24,000 bases of DNA from Spirochaeta africana DSM 8902 (lineage in GTDB: Bacteria; Spirochaetota; Spirochaetia; DSM-27196; DSM-8902). The notes below the pieces were generated by a model. That model was not told the origin of the DNA. It saw nothing but the letters and a program-made list of their open reading frames with translations, and searched no databases. Position numbers and translations under genes: made by a program. Below, in pieces: positions 15,501-23,731 of this stretch. The DNA is taken from positions 3,220,202 to 3,244,201 of the forward strand of contig NC_017098.1 in NCBI RefSeq assembly GCF_000242595.2, written 5' to 3'. Each line of letters begins with the position of its first letter. Within the stretch, counting starts at the first letter, position 1.

Positions 15501-16727
15501 ATGATCCATACCTCCGGCAATTGGAACCCCTTGCGTGCACTGGTAGTTGATGATGAACGTACAACATTGCGAGCAGTCTCAGCTGCATTGGAGGATAATG
15601 GGTTCTCGGTGGAATCCTTCACAGACCCTGCCAAGGCGTTACTGTCCTTTGGTTCTGACGATTTTGATGTGGTGCTATCAGATTTTTACATGCCGGAGAT
15701 GAACGGTGATGCCTTTCTGAAAGAGATTCGCGCAAAAAACGCAGACTGTGCCTTTCTGTTTCTGGCTGCAGACTCTAATCTGAAGCAGGCCATTGAGCTG
15801 ATTCAACAGGGCGCAGATGACTACATCGTGAAGCCGGTGGTTGTGCATGACCTGATATTCCGGGTTCGTAGAAGCCTGGCGGCAATCCGTCGGCGGCAAT
15901 CAGAAACCAACTGGCAGCAGCTCTACGCCGCCAAAGACATCAGGCAAACCGAAAAGATGATTGATCAGTTATCCAAGGCAATAAATCAAACCGGCGGATA
16001 CCTGTGGTTGGATCTGCTCAAAGAGGAGCTGCAGCACCCACACGATGGGAAATATACGGTCAGCACCGAGATCGGCGACATGGTTCTGGAAACCGCTGAG
16101 GTGCAGAAGCAGATACTCGAATACATAACCCTGATTGCGGACACCAACCGATTCAAACTGGATCCCGAAACAGTCCCGATTGAGACAATGATTCAGTCCT
16201 GCGTCGACTTCTGTCGCCGGCGTCTGGAGACAGAACTGGCTGATTTCGAACGTCCGTTGTCAATCGGAACGCCGCGTATTTATCCAGACGGCATGATCAC
16301 CGTTGACATGCAATCGGTATACGACGTTCTGAATGAGCTGCTAATAAATGCAATCAAGTTTTCCCCTGCGCGATCACGCATCGTTCTCTCGGCAGATCTG
16401 CAGACTGTCGGGACTCATTCACAATTAGCTATTACACTGCAAAATACCGCGCAGCGTGGCAGTTTGACAGATGAAAAGGGTGAGCTTGCGGTCGGAATCC
16501 CGGCAAACTACACAGAAACCGTATTCGATCTGTTCTTCTCTACAGATGATTTCCACACCCCCCTCCCACTGGAAAAGTGGCCCAACGGAGCGGGATTGTA
16601 CATAGCCCGGAAAATCATGAAGCGGCAGAACGGCTGGCTACGCACAGGAACCGGCACGGATCACACCGCTGAACAGGCAGTTCCAGTCGTGAGATTCACG
16701 ATTATACTGCCAGTACTCCCAGTATAA
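15501..16727 (+). CDS. Response-regulator receiver domain fused to a histidine-kinase-like (DHp-like plus HATPase_c) module without an obvious phospho-accepting His
   Basis: This is a 408-aa ORF. The REC residues are present (VVDDE, VVLSDFYMPEMNG, YIVKP). The C-terminal GHKL ATPase has an N-box (LNELLINAIKFS) and a G2-like box (NGAGLYIARKIM). The G1 DxGxG region instead reads LQNTAQRGS. The segment that aligns by eye to the H-box reads LSKAINQTGGYL, with Lys where His is expected. Confidence 0.8.
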   Translation: MIHTSGNWNPLRALVVDDERTTLRAVSAALEDNGFSVESFTDPAKALLSFGSDDFDVVLSDFYMPEMNGDAFLKEIRAKNADCAFLFLAADSNLKQAIELIQQGADDYIVKPVVVHDLIFRVRRSLAAIRRRQSETNWQQLYAAKDIRQTEKMIDQLSKAINQTGGYLWLDLLKEELQHPHDGKYTVSTEIGDMVLETAEVQKQILEYITLIADTNRFKLDPETVPIETMIQSCVDFCRRRLETELADFERPLSIGTPRIYPDGMITVDMQSVYDVLNELLINAIKFSPARSRIVLSADLQTVGTHSQLAITLQNTAQRGSLTDEKGELAVGIPANYTETVFDLFFSTDDFHTPLPLEKWPNGAGLYIARKIMKRQNGWLRTGTGTDHTAEQAVPVVRFTIILPVLPV

Positions 16728-16748
16728 TCGTGGCCGTTGCGGCTGAGA

Positions 16749-17093
16749 TCAGGATTTGATCGCGTTTCTCTCGTCCAGCAGCACAACCGTTGGTTCATGA
16801 TTCTGCGCCTCTGTATACTCCAGCTGACAGTACGCCGCAATTATTACCCGGTCGCCTGGATGTGCCAGTCTGGCAGCGGCCCCATTCAGACAGATCTGTC
16901 CGGGTTTTCCGGGAATCACATAGGTGGCAAACCGGGCGCCATTGGTGATGTTATAAATCTCTACGCGCTCATTCAACAGCAAGCCGGATGCCGTGAGCAG
17001 CTCCGGCGCAATCGAAATTGAACCCTCATAATTGATATTAGCCTCGGTTACCGCCGCGCGATGCAGCTTGGTTCTGAGCATGGTTACTGTCAT
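16749..17093 (-). CDS. panD: Aspartate 1-decarboxylase (pyruvoyl-dependent)
   Basis: The track ORF (16749-17276) is N-terminally over-extended. The ATG at 17093 gives 114 aa, [28 protein letters not shown]..., with the self-cleavage G-S site (YEGSISI). This ATG overlaps the coaX stop in an ATGA (17090-17093). Confidence 0.9.
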   Translation of the reverse strand: MTVTMLRTKLHRAAVTEANINYEGSISIAPELLTASGLLLNERVEIYNITNGARFATYVIPGKPGQICLNGAAARLAHPGDRVIIAAYCQLEYTEAQNHEPTVVLLDERNAIKS

Positions 17094-17938
17094 TGATTTC
17101 TCCTTAACGTGACGTACAGGCCGAACAGCACGAGATCGGGTTCGATTACATCGAAGATCCCGGCATCGGCAAACAAGTGGGCGAACCCGCCGGTACCGAT
17201 CACCAGCGGTTCCCCCGCCTCTGCAGCGCCCTCTGACAGCTGCGATACAGCTGATGACCGCTCGCTGTCGAAACACTCTTCCCTGATCCGGGTTACCAGT
17301 TCACGCATCATGCCGAGATGCCCGAAATACAGCCCGGACTGAATGCTTTCCACTGTTGAACGCCCGCAGGCAGCCTCGGCCGAAAGAATCTCTACCGCCG
17401 GCAGCTTGGCGGTATTCTGCTCGAGAACCTCCATGCTGAGCCGAAGACCTGGCGCAATCGATCCCCCGAGATACCTGCGATCGCCGGTAAGGGCCTCAAG
17501 TGTGGTTGCCGTTCCCAGGTCTGCAATGATGCAGTTACGCCCCGGGTATAATTCTGCAGCACCCACCGCATTGGCAATCCGGTCGGCACCAACCTCCAGT
17601 GGATTTCTGTAGCCGACCTGCAACCCGGTTCTGACCCCCGCCTGCAGCAGCAGTGGTTCAATAGCAAAGTATTTGGCGCATGCCCGCCGTATCGAGTATA
17701 CCCGGTCGGGTACGACCGAGCACATTACGATACTGGTAATATGCTGGGGGTCAAATCCGTTTTCCCGCAACGCCGACTTCAGGAAGACCCCGTACTCATC
17801 GGCGCTGACGCCCTTACCGGAATACTGGCGAAACCTCAGGGCTATCGTGCCTGCCTCATCGAACAAGCCAGCATATACCTGGCTGTTTCCTACATCCAGA
17901 CACAGAACCAGACCATCGCTGTGTGCTTTACTGTTCAT
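17090..17938 (-). CDS. coaX: Type III pantothenate kinase
   Basis: The CoaX N-terminus is [17 protein letters not shown], with ADLGTATT and VIGTGGFA motifs. The ATG at 17938 is preferred over the track start at 17971, giving an 11-nt overlap with panC. There is an extra acidic/Ser-rich stretch of about 15 aa ([20 protein letters not shown]) before the final GTGG motif. Confidence 0.85.
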   Translation of the reverse strand: MNSKAHSDGLVLCLDVGNSQVYAGLFDEAGTIALRFRQYSGKGVSADEYGVFLKSALRENGFDPQHITSIVMCSVVPDRVYSIRRACAKYFAIEPLLLQAGVRTGLQVGYRNPLEVGADRIANAVGAAELYPGRNCIIADLGTATTLEALTGDRRYLGGSIAPGLRLSMEVLEQNTAKLPAVEILSAEAACGRSTVESIQSGLYFGHLGMMRELVTRIREECFDSERSSAVSQLSEGAAEAGEPLVIGTGGFAHLFADAGIFDVIEPDLVLFGLYVTLRRNQ

Positions 17939-18758
17939 TGCAGTCCTCCGTGCCGGATATCTTCGCCGCAACCGGGAGATTGTCTATCAACCGTACCCCC
18001 TCAAGCTGCACGGCAGCATAGCGCCGCGGGCTGCCGGGAGACAGCTCATCGGTATCAGTCAGATACTCCACCGTCATACCGGATTCTGCAATGCGGTGTG
18101 CGGCTTCCTCCGGCTCGGTAACGCGGCGAATGATCTGGTACAGTCGGGCAGCAGTCCGCCGGCCCTCGTCAGACAGACGCTGGTTCCGAGAACTCAGGGC
18201 CAGTCCGGACTCTTCCCGCACCAACGGACTCAGAACGATTTCTGTGCCCAGGCTTTCCCGCAGAAAAAAAGCTTCGGCAAGGCGCTTGATCAACACATAC
18301 TGCTGATAGTCCTTTTCCCCGAAATATGCCCGATTCGGAGCGGTGAGCAGCAGCAGCTTCATAACTATCGTCAGCACCCCGGAAAAATGGCCAGGCCGAT
18401 GGGCACCCTCCAGAATGCGGCTCAGCCGCTGCTCGTCCAACCGGTAATCACCGTCGTCGGGGTACATGCTGCTGGCATCCGGTAGAAAAACTGCCTGCAC
18501 CCCCAGTTTCTCGGCCAACGCAAGATCAGCCTCCAGTGTCCGTGGATACTGTTCAAGATCACTGGTATCATTAAACTGGGTCGGATTCACGAAGATACTG
18601 AGTGCGGTAACCGCATTCTCCGCCAGGCTCTGCCGGAGCAGCTCCGCATGTCCGCTGTGCAGTGCCCCCATGGTCGGGACAAAACCCAGGCTGTGCCCGG
18701 ATGCAGTAACCCGCCGGCAATACCCTGCCCACTCACGGGGATCTGTTATAACCTGCAT
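17928..18758 (-). CDS. panC: Pantoate--beta-alanine ligase (pantothenate synthetase)
   Basis: The motif is [17 protein letters not shown]. With the ATG at 18758 the N-terminus [10 protein letters not shown]...SLGFVPTMG is collinear with B. subtilis PanC (MRQITD...). This start lies 4 nt after the panB stop. The track ORF start (18845) is over-extended into panB. Confidence 0.9.
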   Translation of the reverse strand: MQVITDPREWAGYCRRVTASGHSLGFVPTMGALHSGHAELLRQSLAENAVTALSIFVNPTQFNDTSDLEQYPRTLEADLALAEKLGVQAVFLPDASSMYPDDGDYRLDEQRLSRILEGAHRPGHFSGVLTIVMKLLLLTAPNRAYFGEKDYQQYVLIKRLAEAFFLRESLGTEIVLSPLVREESGLALSSRNQRLSDEGRRTAARLYQIIRRVTEPEEAAHRIAESGMTVEYLTDTDELSPGSPRRYAAVQLEGVRLIDNLPVAAKISGTEDCNEQ

Positions 18759-18762
18759 ACGC

Positions 18763-19590
18763 TCACCCATTACTTCCCGCATCCCCTGTATTCGCTGAAT
18801 CCGCATATTGTTCATTCGGGCCGGGAAAATCACCGGCATGAACATCCTTGATATAGTGCGTGACCGCAGTGGTCACGTCCGCGCTGCCATCCATATACCG
18901 GCGCACAAAACGTGGAACCCGCCCGGTGCCCAGCCCAAGCATATCCTGTAGAACCAGGATCTGTCCGTCTACCAGACTGCCGGCACCAATCCCGATCACG
19001 GGAATCTGCAGTTCCCGGGCTATCTCTGTTCCCAGGCCGGCAGGCACACACTCAAGCACTATCCCGAAACAGCCCAGCTGCTGAAGCTGCAGAGACTGCT
19101 GGCGGATAGCATCGGCGGCGGCGGCATCGCGACCCTGCACCCGATAGCCACCGAACACATGCACCGACTGTGGCGTCAGACCCAGATGCCCCATTACCGG
19201 GATGCCGCTCTGGACGAGATGAGGAATAAGCTGCTCATGCCCGAGCAGCCCCTCGATCTTGATGCCATCGGCACCGGCTGCCATAAGTCGGCCTGCCGCC
19301 TCTACCGCCGCTGGCGTACTTGTTCGGGTGGACAGAAATGGCATGTCGGCGACTATCGGCAGCTTGGGTGCACCGGCGCGAACCGCGCGCACATGTGCCT
19401 CGATCATACCGATATCGGCTGTCAGGGTGGATGGTTGCCCATGCATCACCATGGCGGCACTGTCGCCAACAAGTACCGCATCAATCGCGGTTTCCTGCAG
19501 CAGGGCAGCAAACACTGCATCATAACAGGTAAGCATGGTAAGTCTGGTTCCCGCAGCCTTTCGGACTGGAAAATCGGCGAGTCTGGTCAC
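18763..19590 (-). CDS. panB: 3-methyl-2-oxobutanoate hydroxymethyltransferase (ketopantoate hydroxymethyltransferase)
   Basis: This is a 275-aa ORF with a GTG start at 19590, preceded by GGAGAGGAG. It carries the PanB motifs LTMLTCYD, LVGDS, VVADMPF, IKIEG and GHLGLTPQS. Confidence 0.9.
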   Translation of the reverse strand: MTRLADFPVRKAAGTRLTMLTCYDAVFAALLQETAIDAVLVGDSAAMVMHGQPSTLTADIGMIEAHVRAVRAGAPKLPIVADMPFLSTRTSTPAAVEAAGRLMAAGADGIKIEGLLGHEQLIPHLVQSGIPVMGHLGLTPQSVHVFGGYRVQGRDAAAADAIRQQSLQLQQLGCFGIVLECVPAGLGTEIARELQIPVIGIGAGSLVDGQILVLQDMLGLGTGRVPRFVRRYMDGSADVTTAVTHYIKDVHAGDFPGPNEQYADSANTGDAGSNG

Positions 19591-19742
19591 GGTAGTCTCC
19601 TCTCCCAGAAAGGAGTCGGGTGCTGCAGCACGGAATTGGTGCCGCCACCCTGTTGGTACCCGCTGCGAATCAGGCAGATATCCCTGCCAGCCCGACCAAG
19701 TCGAGTCCTTCCTGGAGACGCATTGTCATCAATCAGAAACCC

Positions 19743-19764
19743 ATGTTATGCACATGTTATACAC
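19743..19764. repeat. Tandem 11-bp repeat ATGTTATGCAC / ATGTTATACAC in the nadB-panB spacer
   Basis: Copies at 19743-19753 and 19754-19764 differ at one base. Each copy contains a TTATNCACA match (19746-19754 and 19757-19765). Confidence 0.8.
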
Positions 19765-19905
19765 AGGCACTGTATTCTGCAGTCCCAACGGGTACCGCGA
19801 AGCAGTGTCGGTGAGCTTCCGGTCAACAAGCTGAAATGTACTTGATTTTTACGGCTGCGTGTACCCCTCTGAAAGCCTGCAGGCTGCATGTTCCCAGGAT
19901 CGGAC

Positions 19906-21597
19906 TCAGTCAGCCCGGTAATGACTGCCGAGGCTGGTGCGGTTTTCCCAGGCGGCGGTGGCCACAATAACCGCGCTGCGGACGGCGTTACGCAGTCCGA
20001 TCAACTCATCGGTGAGTGTTGCCGAGCGGTAGAAGCGTTCGATCTCGGTTTCCAGATGTCGCAGCTCACTCAAGGCCCGATCCAGTCTGCGCGCCGTACG
20101 TACCAGCCCTACATAGTTCCACATTATATGCTGAATGGAGACCATATCCTGGTGCACCAGCGCCGGGTCCGGGGCCTCTGTTCCCAGATTCTGCCATGGA
20201 GGGATGTCATCTGCCGCAATCCCGGTATCCCGGGAATTCATGGCTATGATATCCCTGGCGGCACGTACTCCCCAGACCGCCCCCTCCAGTAATGAACTGC
20301 TGGCCAGCCGGTTAGCACCATGTACCCCGGTACAGGAGACCTCGCCGACTGCATACAGTCGCTCTATGGTGGTGCGCCCGTTCAGGTCGGCCCACACCCC
20401 GCCGCAGGCGTAATGCGCCGCCGGAACCACCGGAATCGGTTCCCGGGTCATATCCACACCATACCGCAGGCACTCCTGGTAAATAGTCGGAAATGTTCGC
20501 ATAATCGTATCAGCATCGATCATCGATGCGGCATCCAGATACACATTGTCGGAACCGGTCAGCAGCATCTGCTGATGAATCCCCCTGGCTACCACATCGC
20601 GAGGAGCCAGATCCCCCCATTTCGGGCTGTATTTCCACATAAACGGCCGCCCCTGGGCATCTACCAGGCGTGCGCCAGCCCCCCGCACCGCCTCGGAAAT
20701 CAGGAAATTCACCGCATGGCTATGATGAAAGGTGGTGGGATGGAACTGAATATACTCACTGTTGATTACCCGGGCACCAGCACGATGGGCCATGGCGATC
20801 CCGTCGCCGCGGGCGCCAGCCGGATTGGTGGTGCGCAGGAACAGCCGCCCCAGCCCGCCGGTTGCCAGAATTGTTGCCCCGGCCAGACAGCGCACCACCT
20901 CGCCGCTCCTGGTGTCAAGCAGATAGGCACCAACACAACTGGGCTGCTGATACACCGCGGTACGGGTACGCGAGTGATGTGCCGGGGTCAGCAGATCCAC
21001 TGCTGTGCAATCGGTACGCAGCTCTATCCGCGAATGATCCCGGAGAGCCTGCAGCAGCGCGGCCTGAATTGCCTCGCCGGTAGCATCAGCTGCATGCAGG
21101 ATACGCGGCTCGGCATGTGCTGCCTCGCGCACCAATGACAGGCTACCATCCGTCTCCCGGTCAAACGGCACCTGCAACCGGTCGAGCAGCACACGCTGCA
21201 CTGCCGCCGTTCCTTCTGCCGCCAGCAGATCAACCGCTGCCGAAAGGCAATGCCCATGTCCGGCATCACGTATATCCCGCGCTGCAGCCTCTATGGCCCG
21301 CTGATCCTCTATGGCCTGCTGATCGGCCCCCGAAGCACGGGTGTCGGAATCCGTCACCGGTACCCCGGCGGCAGTCGCCGCGTGCTCATTCTCAACCACG
21401 GTGTGCGATGGACGCAGTCCCCCGGGATCGGGACACATAATCCCGCCCTGGGCATAGCGGGTGTTGGACTCAGCCGGATCTGCTGCGCGGGTAACGACCA
21501 CCACCGACAACCCGGCATCCGCAGCCTCCAGCGCCGCGACACCACCTGCTATTCCGCAGCCGATCACCAGGACATCAGTTGTTAACAAGTTATCCAC
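19906..21597 (-). CDS. nadB: L-aspartate oxidase
   Basis: The FAD motif DVLVIGCGIAGG is present, along with RYAQGGI, HAADATG, ATGG, NPAGARGDGIAMA, FHPT, PAAHYACGG and GEVSCTGVHGANRLASSSLLE. The track ORF starts at a GTG at 21645. I prefer the in-frame GTG at 21597 (MDNLLTTDVLVIG), which has GGAG 5 nt upstream, because the extra 16 residues (SRRGCPAGRPPCGAH) look non-genuine. Confidence 0.9.
   Translation of the reverse strand: MDNLLTTDVLVIGCGIAGGVAALEAADAGLSVVVVTRAADPAESNTRYAQGGIMCPDPGGLRPSHTVVENEHAATAAGVPVTDSDTRASGADQQAIEDQRAIEAAARDIRDAGHGHCLSAAVDLLAAEGTAAVQRVLLDRLQVPFDRETDGSLSLVREAAHAEPRILHAADATGEAIQAALLQALRDHSRIELRTDCTAVDLLTPAHHSRTRTAVYQQPSCVGAYLLDTRSGEVVRCLAGATILATGGLGRLFLRTTNPAGARGDGIAMAHRAGARVINSEYIQFHPTTFHHSHAVNFLISEAVRGAGARLVDAQGRPFMWKYSPKWGDLAPRDVVARGIHQQMLLTGSDNVYLDAASMIDADTIMRTFPTIYQECLRYGVDMTREPIPVVPAAHYACGGVWADLNGRTTIERLYAVGEVSCTGVHGANRLASSSLLEGAVWGVRAARDIIAMNSRDTGIAADDIPPWQNLGTEAPDPALVHQDMVSIQHIMWNYVGLVRTARRLDRALSELRHLETEIERFYRSATLTDELIGLRNAVRSAVIVATAAWENRTSLGSHYRAD
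21289..21324. repeat. 18-bp in-frame tandem duplication inside nadB
   Basis: CTCTATGGCCCGCTGATC (21289-21306) is followed by CTCTATGGCCTGCTGATC (21307-21324). The two copies differ at one base and encode DQQAIE-DQRAIE on the minus strand. Confidence 0.85.
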
Positions 21598-21650
21598 ATG
21601 CGCTCCACACGGTGGTCTGCCCGCCGGGCACCCCCTTCGTGACACTCATC

Positions 21651-22688
21651 TCAGCCAATGCGCAGCATCCGGTCTACCGCAGCAAAGGCTCGCCGTCGAA
21701 TATCTTCCGGCACCTCAACTACATACCGGGTCTGTTCCAGTGCTGCCAGGGTATCATCAAGAGTGATCTCATTCATGTGTGGACAGCGAACACTGCACAG
21801 ACGCAGCATCTCCCGATCAGGGTTATCCGCGGCTACATTGTCCCCCATGGCACATTCGGTCAGCAGCAGGTAGCGCGGGGCCTGCTGTTCGCGCACATAG
21901 CGGATCATGGCGGTGGTGCTGCCGGCAAAATCCGAGGCCGCAACCACCTCGGGGCTGCACTCAGGATGTGCCAGAATCAGCGTGCCGGGGAAATCAGCCC
22001 GGATATTCTCGATATCCTGTACCGTGAACTTCTCGTGCACCTCGCAACGCCCGTTCCAGCCGATCATCTGATAATCAAGCCCCGAGGTCTGCCCCCCAAC
22101 CGGGCTTTTGGTCGGGAATACGATATGTTTACCGGTCTGCTGAGCCACATTGCCAGCCAGATATTCATCCGGCAGGAAAATAACGGTATCGCTGCCCAGC
22201 GACTCCACCACCTGCTGGGCATTGCCCGAGGTGCAGCAGATGTCCGATTCTGCTTTTACATCAGCATAGGTGTTGATATACGTAACCACCGGCACGCCTG
22301 GAAACTGCTCGCGCAGCGCCCGTACATCAGCGGCAGTGATACTCTCTGCCAGCGAACAGCCCGCCTTGGGCGAGGGAACCAGCACGGTTTTTTCCGGACT
22401 CAGGATCTTGGCCGTCTCCGCCATAAACCGTACCCCGCAGAACACAATCATATCACGATCGGTCTCGGCGGCCCGGCGGCTGAGTTCCAGCGAATCTCCG
22501 GTAAAGTCAGGAATGGAGTGAAACAGTGCCGCCTCCATATAGTTATGCCCCAAAATTACTGCATTGCGTTCCCGTTTGAGCTGCTCGATCCGAAAGGCGG
22601 TCTCGGCCTTCAGGCGAATCTCGAAATCAGGTGCGGTGTTGCGCAGCCGCTGTGACAGCTGCTCGTATATCTGCTCAACCGTTTTCAT
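21651..22688 (-). CDS. nadA: Quinolinate synthase
   Basis: This is a 345-aa ORF with NadA motifs (ILGHNYM, FCGVRFMAETAKIL, CSLA, VVTYINT, CCTSGNA, FLPD, HPEC, CPHMN). Its ATG overlaps the nadC stop (ATGA at 22685-22688). Confidence 0.95.
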   Translation of the reverse strand: MKTVEQIYEQLSQRLRNTAPDFEIRLKAETAFRIEQLKRERNAVILGHNYMEAALFHSIPDFTGDSLELSRRAAETDRDMIVFCGVRFMAETAKILSPEKTVLVPSPKAGCSLAESITAADVRALREQFPGVPVVTYINTYADVKAESDICCTSGNAQQVVESLGSDTVIFLPDEYLAGNVAQQTGKHIVFPTKSPVGGQTSGLDYQMIGWNGRCEVHEKFTVQDIENIRADFPGTLILAHPECSPEVVAASDFAGSTTAMIRYVREQQAPRYLLLTECAMGDNVAADNPDREMLRLCSVRCPHMNEITLDDTLAALEQTRYVVEVPEDIRRRAFAAVDRMLRIG

Positions 22689-23578
22689 CGGTCCCCCTCG
22701 TCTCTACTGTCAAGATGGATGTCCAGGGCAGCTACCGAATGCGTCAGGCTGCCCACCGAAATATACTCAACCCCGGTTGCGGCTATCTCGCCAACGGTTT
22801 TCAGGGTCACATTCCCGGACGCCTCCAGCGGCACCCGGCCATCAACAAGTGCAACACATTCACGCAGCTCAACCAGGCTCATATTATCCAGCAGAACCCG
22901 ATCTACCCCCGGATCATCAACCAGCGGCAACAGCTCTGTCAGCTGCGCAACCGAAGCCACCTCGACCTCTACCGGTAACCGACCGTAATTCTCTCGCTGA
23001 ACCCGCATCAGTGCAGCGGTGATCCCACCGGCGGCGGCAATGTGATTGTCCTTTATCATTATCATATCAAACAGCCCGAAGCGATGATTCACTCCGCCGC
23101 CAAGCCGAACCGCCAGCTTGTCGGCTGCACGCAGTCCGGGGGCGGTCTTACGAGTATCCAGAATCTTTGCTCCGGTACCCTCGATGGCACGCACATAGCG
23201 TCTGGCCTCGGTGGCTATTCCGGACATCCGCTGCAGGAAATTCAATGCAGTTCGTTCTGCTGTCAGAATCGACCGCGCCGAGCCGCGCACCAGGGCGACC
23301 TCGGTACCGGCCACGACCTCTGCCCCCTCGGATACAAGCAGTTCACAGCTAATCGCCGGATCAATCCTGGCGAACACCTGCTGCATCAGACCCAGTCCGG
23401 CAATCACCCCGTCCTGCTTGACCCGACAGACATGCTCGAGCTGAAGCTCTGCATGCACCGCAGTCCGGCTGGTCATGTCTCCGCTCCCTACATCCTCACG
23501 AATTGCCAGTTCAACGATCGCGTCCAGCAGTTCACGTTCGAGCGCCTTCTGTTCCAGCTCGTTCACCTGCGCCTCCAT
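22685..23578 (-). CDS. nadC: Nicotinate-nucleotide pyrophosphorylase (quinolinate phosphoribosyltransferase)
   Basis: This is a 297-aa ORF with NadC motifs (EDVGSGDMTS, ERTALNFLQRMSGIAT, ILDTRKTAPGLR, AVRLGGGVNHRFGLFD, IKDNH, LLDN, LEASGN). Confidence 0.9.
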   Translation of the reverse strand: MEAQVNELEQKALERELLDAIVELAIREDVGSGDMTSRTAVHAELQLEHVCRVKQDGVIAGLGLMQQVFARIDPAISCELLVSEGAEVVAGTEVALVRGSARSILTAERTALNFLQRMSGIATEARRYVRAIEGTGAKILDTRKTAPGLRAADKLAVRLGGGVNHRFGLFDMIMIKDNHIAAAGGITAALMRVQRENYGRLPVEVEVASVAQLTELLPLVDDPGVDRVLLDNMSLVELRECVALVDGRVPLEASGNVTLKTVGEIAATGVEYISVGSLTHSVAALDIHLDSRDEGDR

Positions 23579-23731
23579 GGCTTCCCGGCACCCGTTGTGC
23601 CGATTCTATAGGCTGATATAAATGTATGCAGTACACTACAGAAACTTGCCCATTGGCTCAAGTACATGCAGCCGCAGACGCTGCAGTCCTGCACCCTTGT
23701 CCTTGACCCGGGATTTACCTACACTTTTCCC

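Noticed and set aside
17094-17276. The 61-codon N-terminal extension of the panD ORF (track ORF 16749-17276)
   Set aside because: The extension lies inside coaX in another frame and is Arg/Cys-rich nonsense. PanD family proteins start at MxRTMLxxKxHRA, which matches the ATG at 17093.
17673-19845. Plus-strand ORFs 17673-18485 (270 aa) and 19159-19845 (228 aa), and other 60-190 aa ORFs opposite called genes
   Set aside because: They are antisense to coaX/panC and panB. They have no recognisable domains, and the minus-strand genes fully explain the coding potential.
20320-22655. Long plus-strand ORFs 20320-21138 (272 aa) and 21579-22655 (358 aa)
   Set aside because: They are antisense to nadB and nadA, whose identities are unambiguous. 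Their composition is shadow-frame-like, with no SD sequences or motifs.
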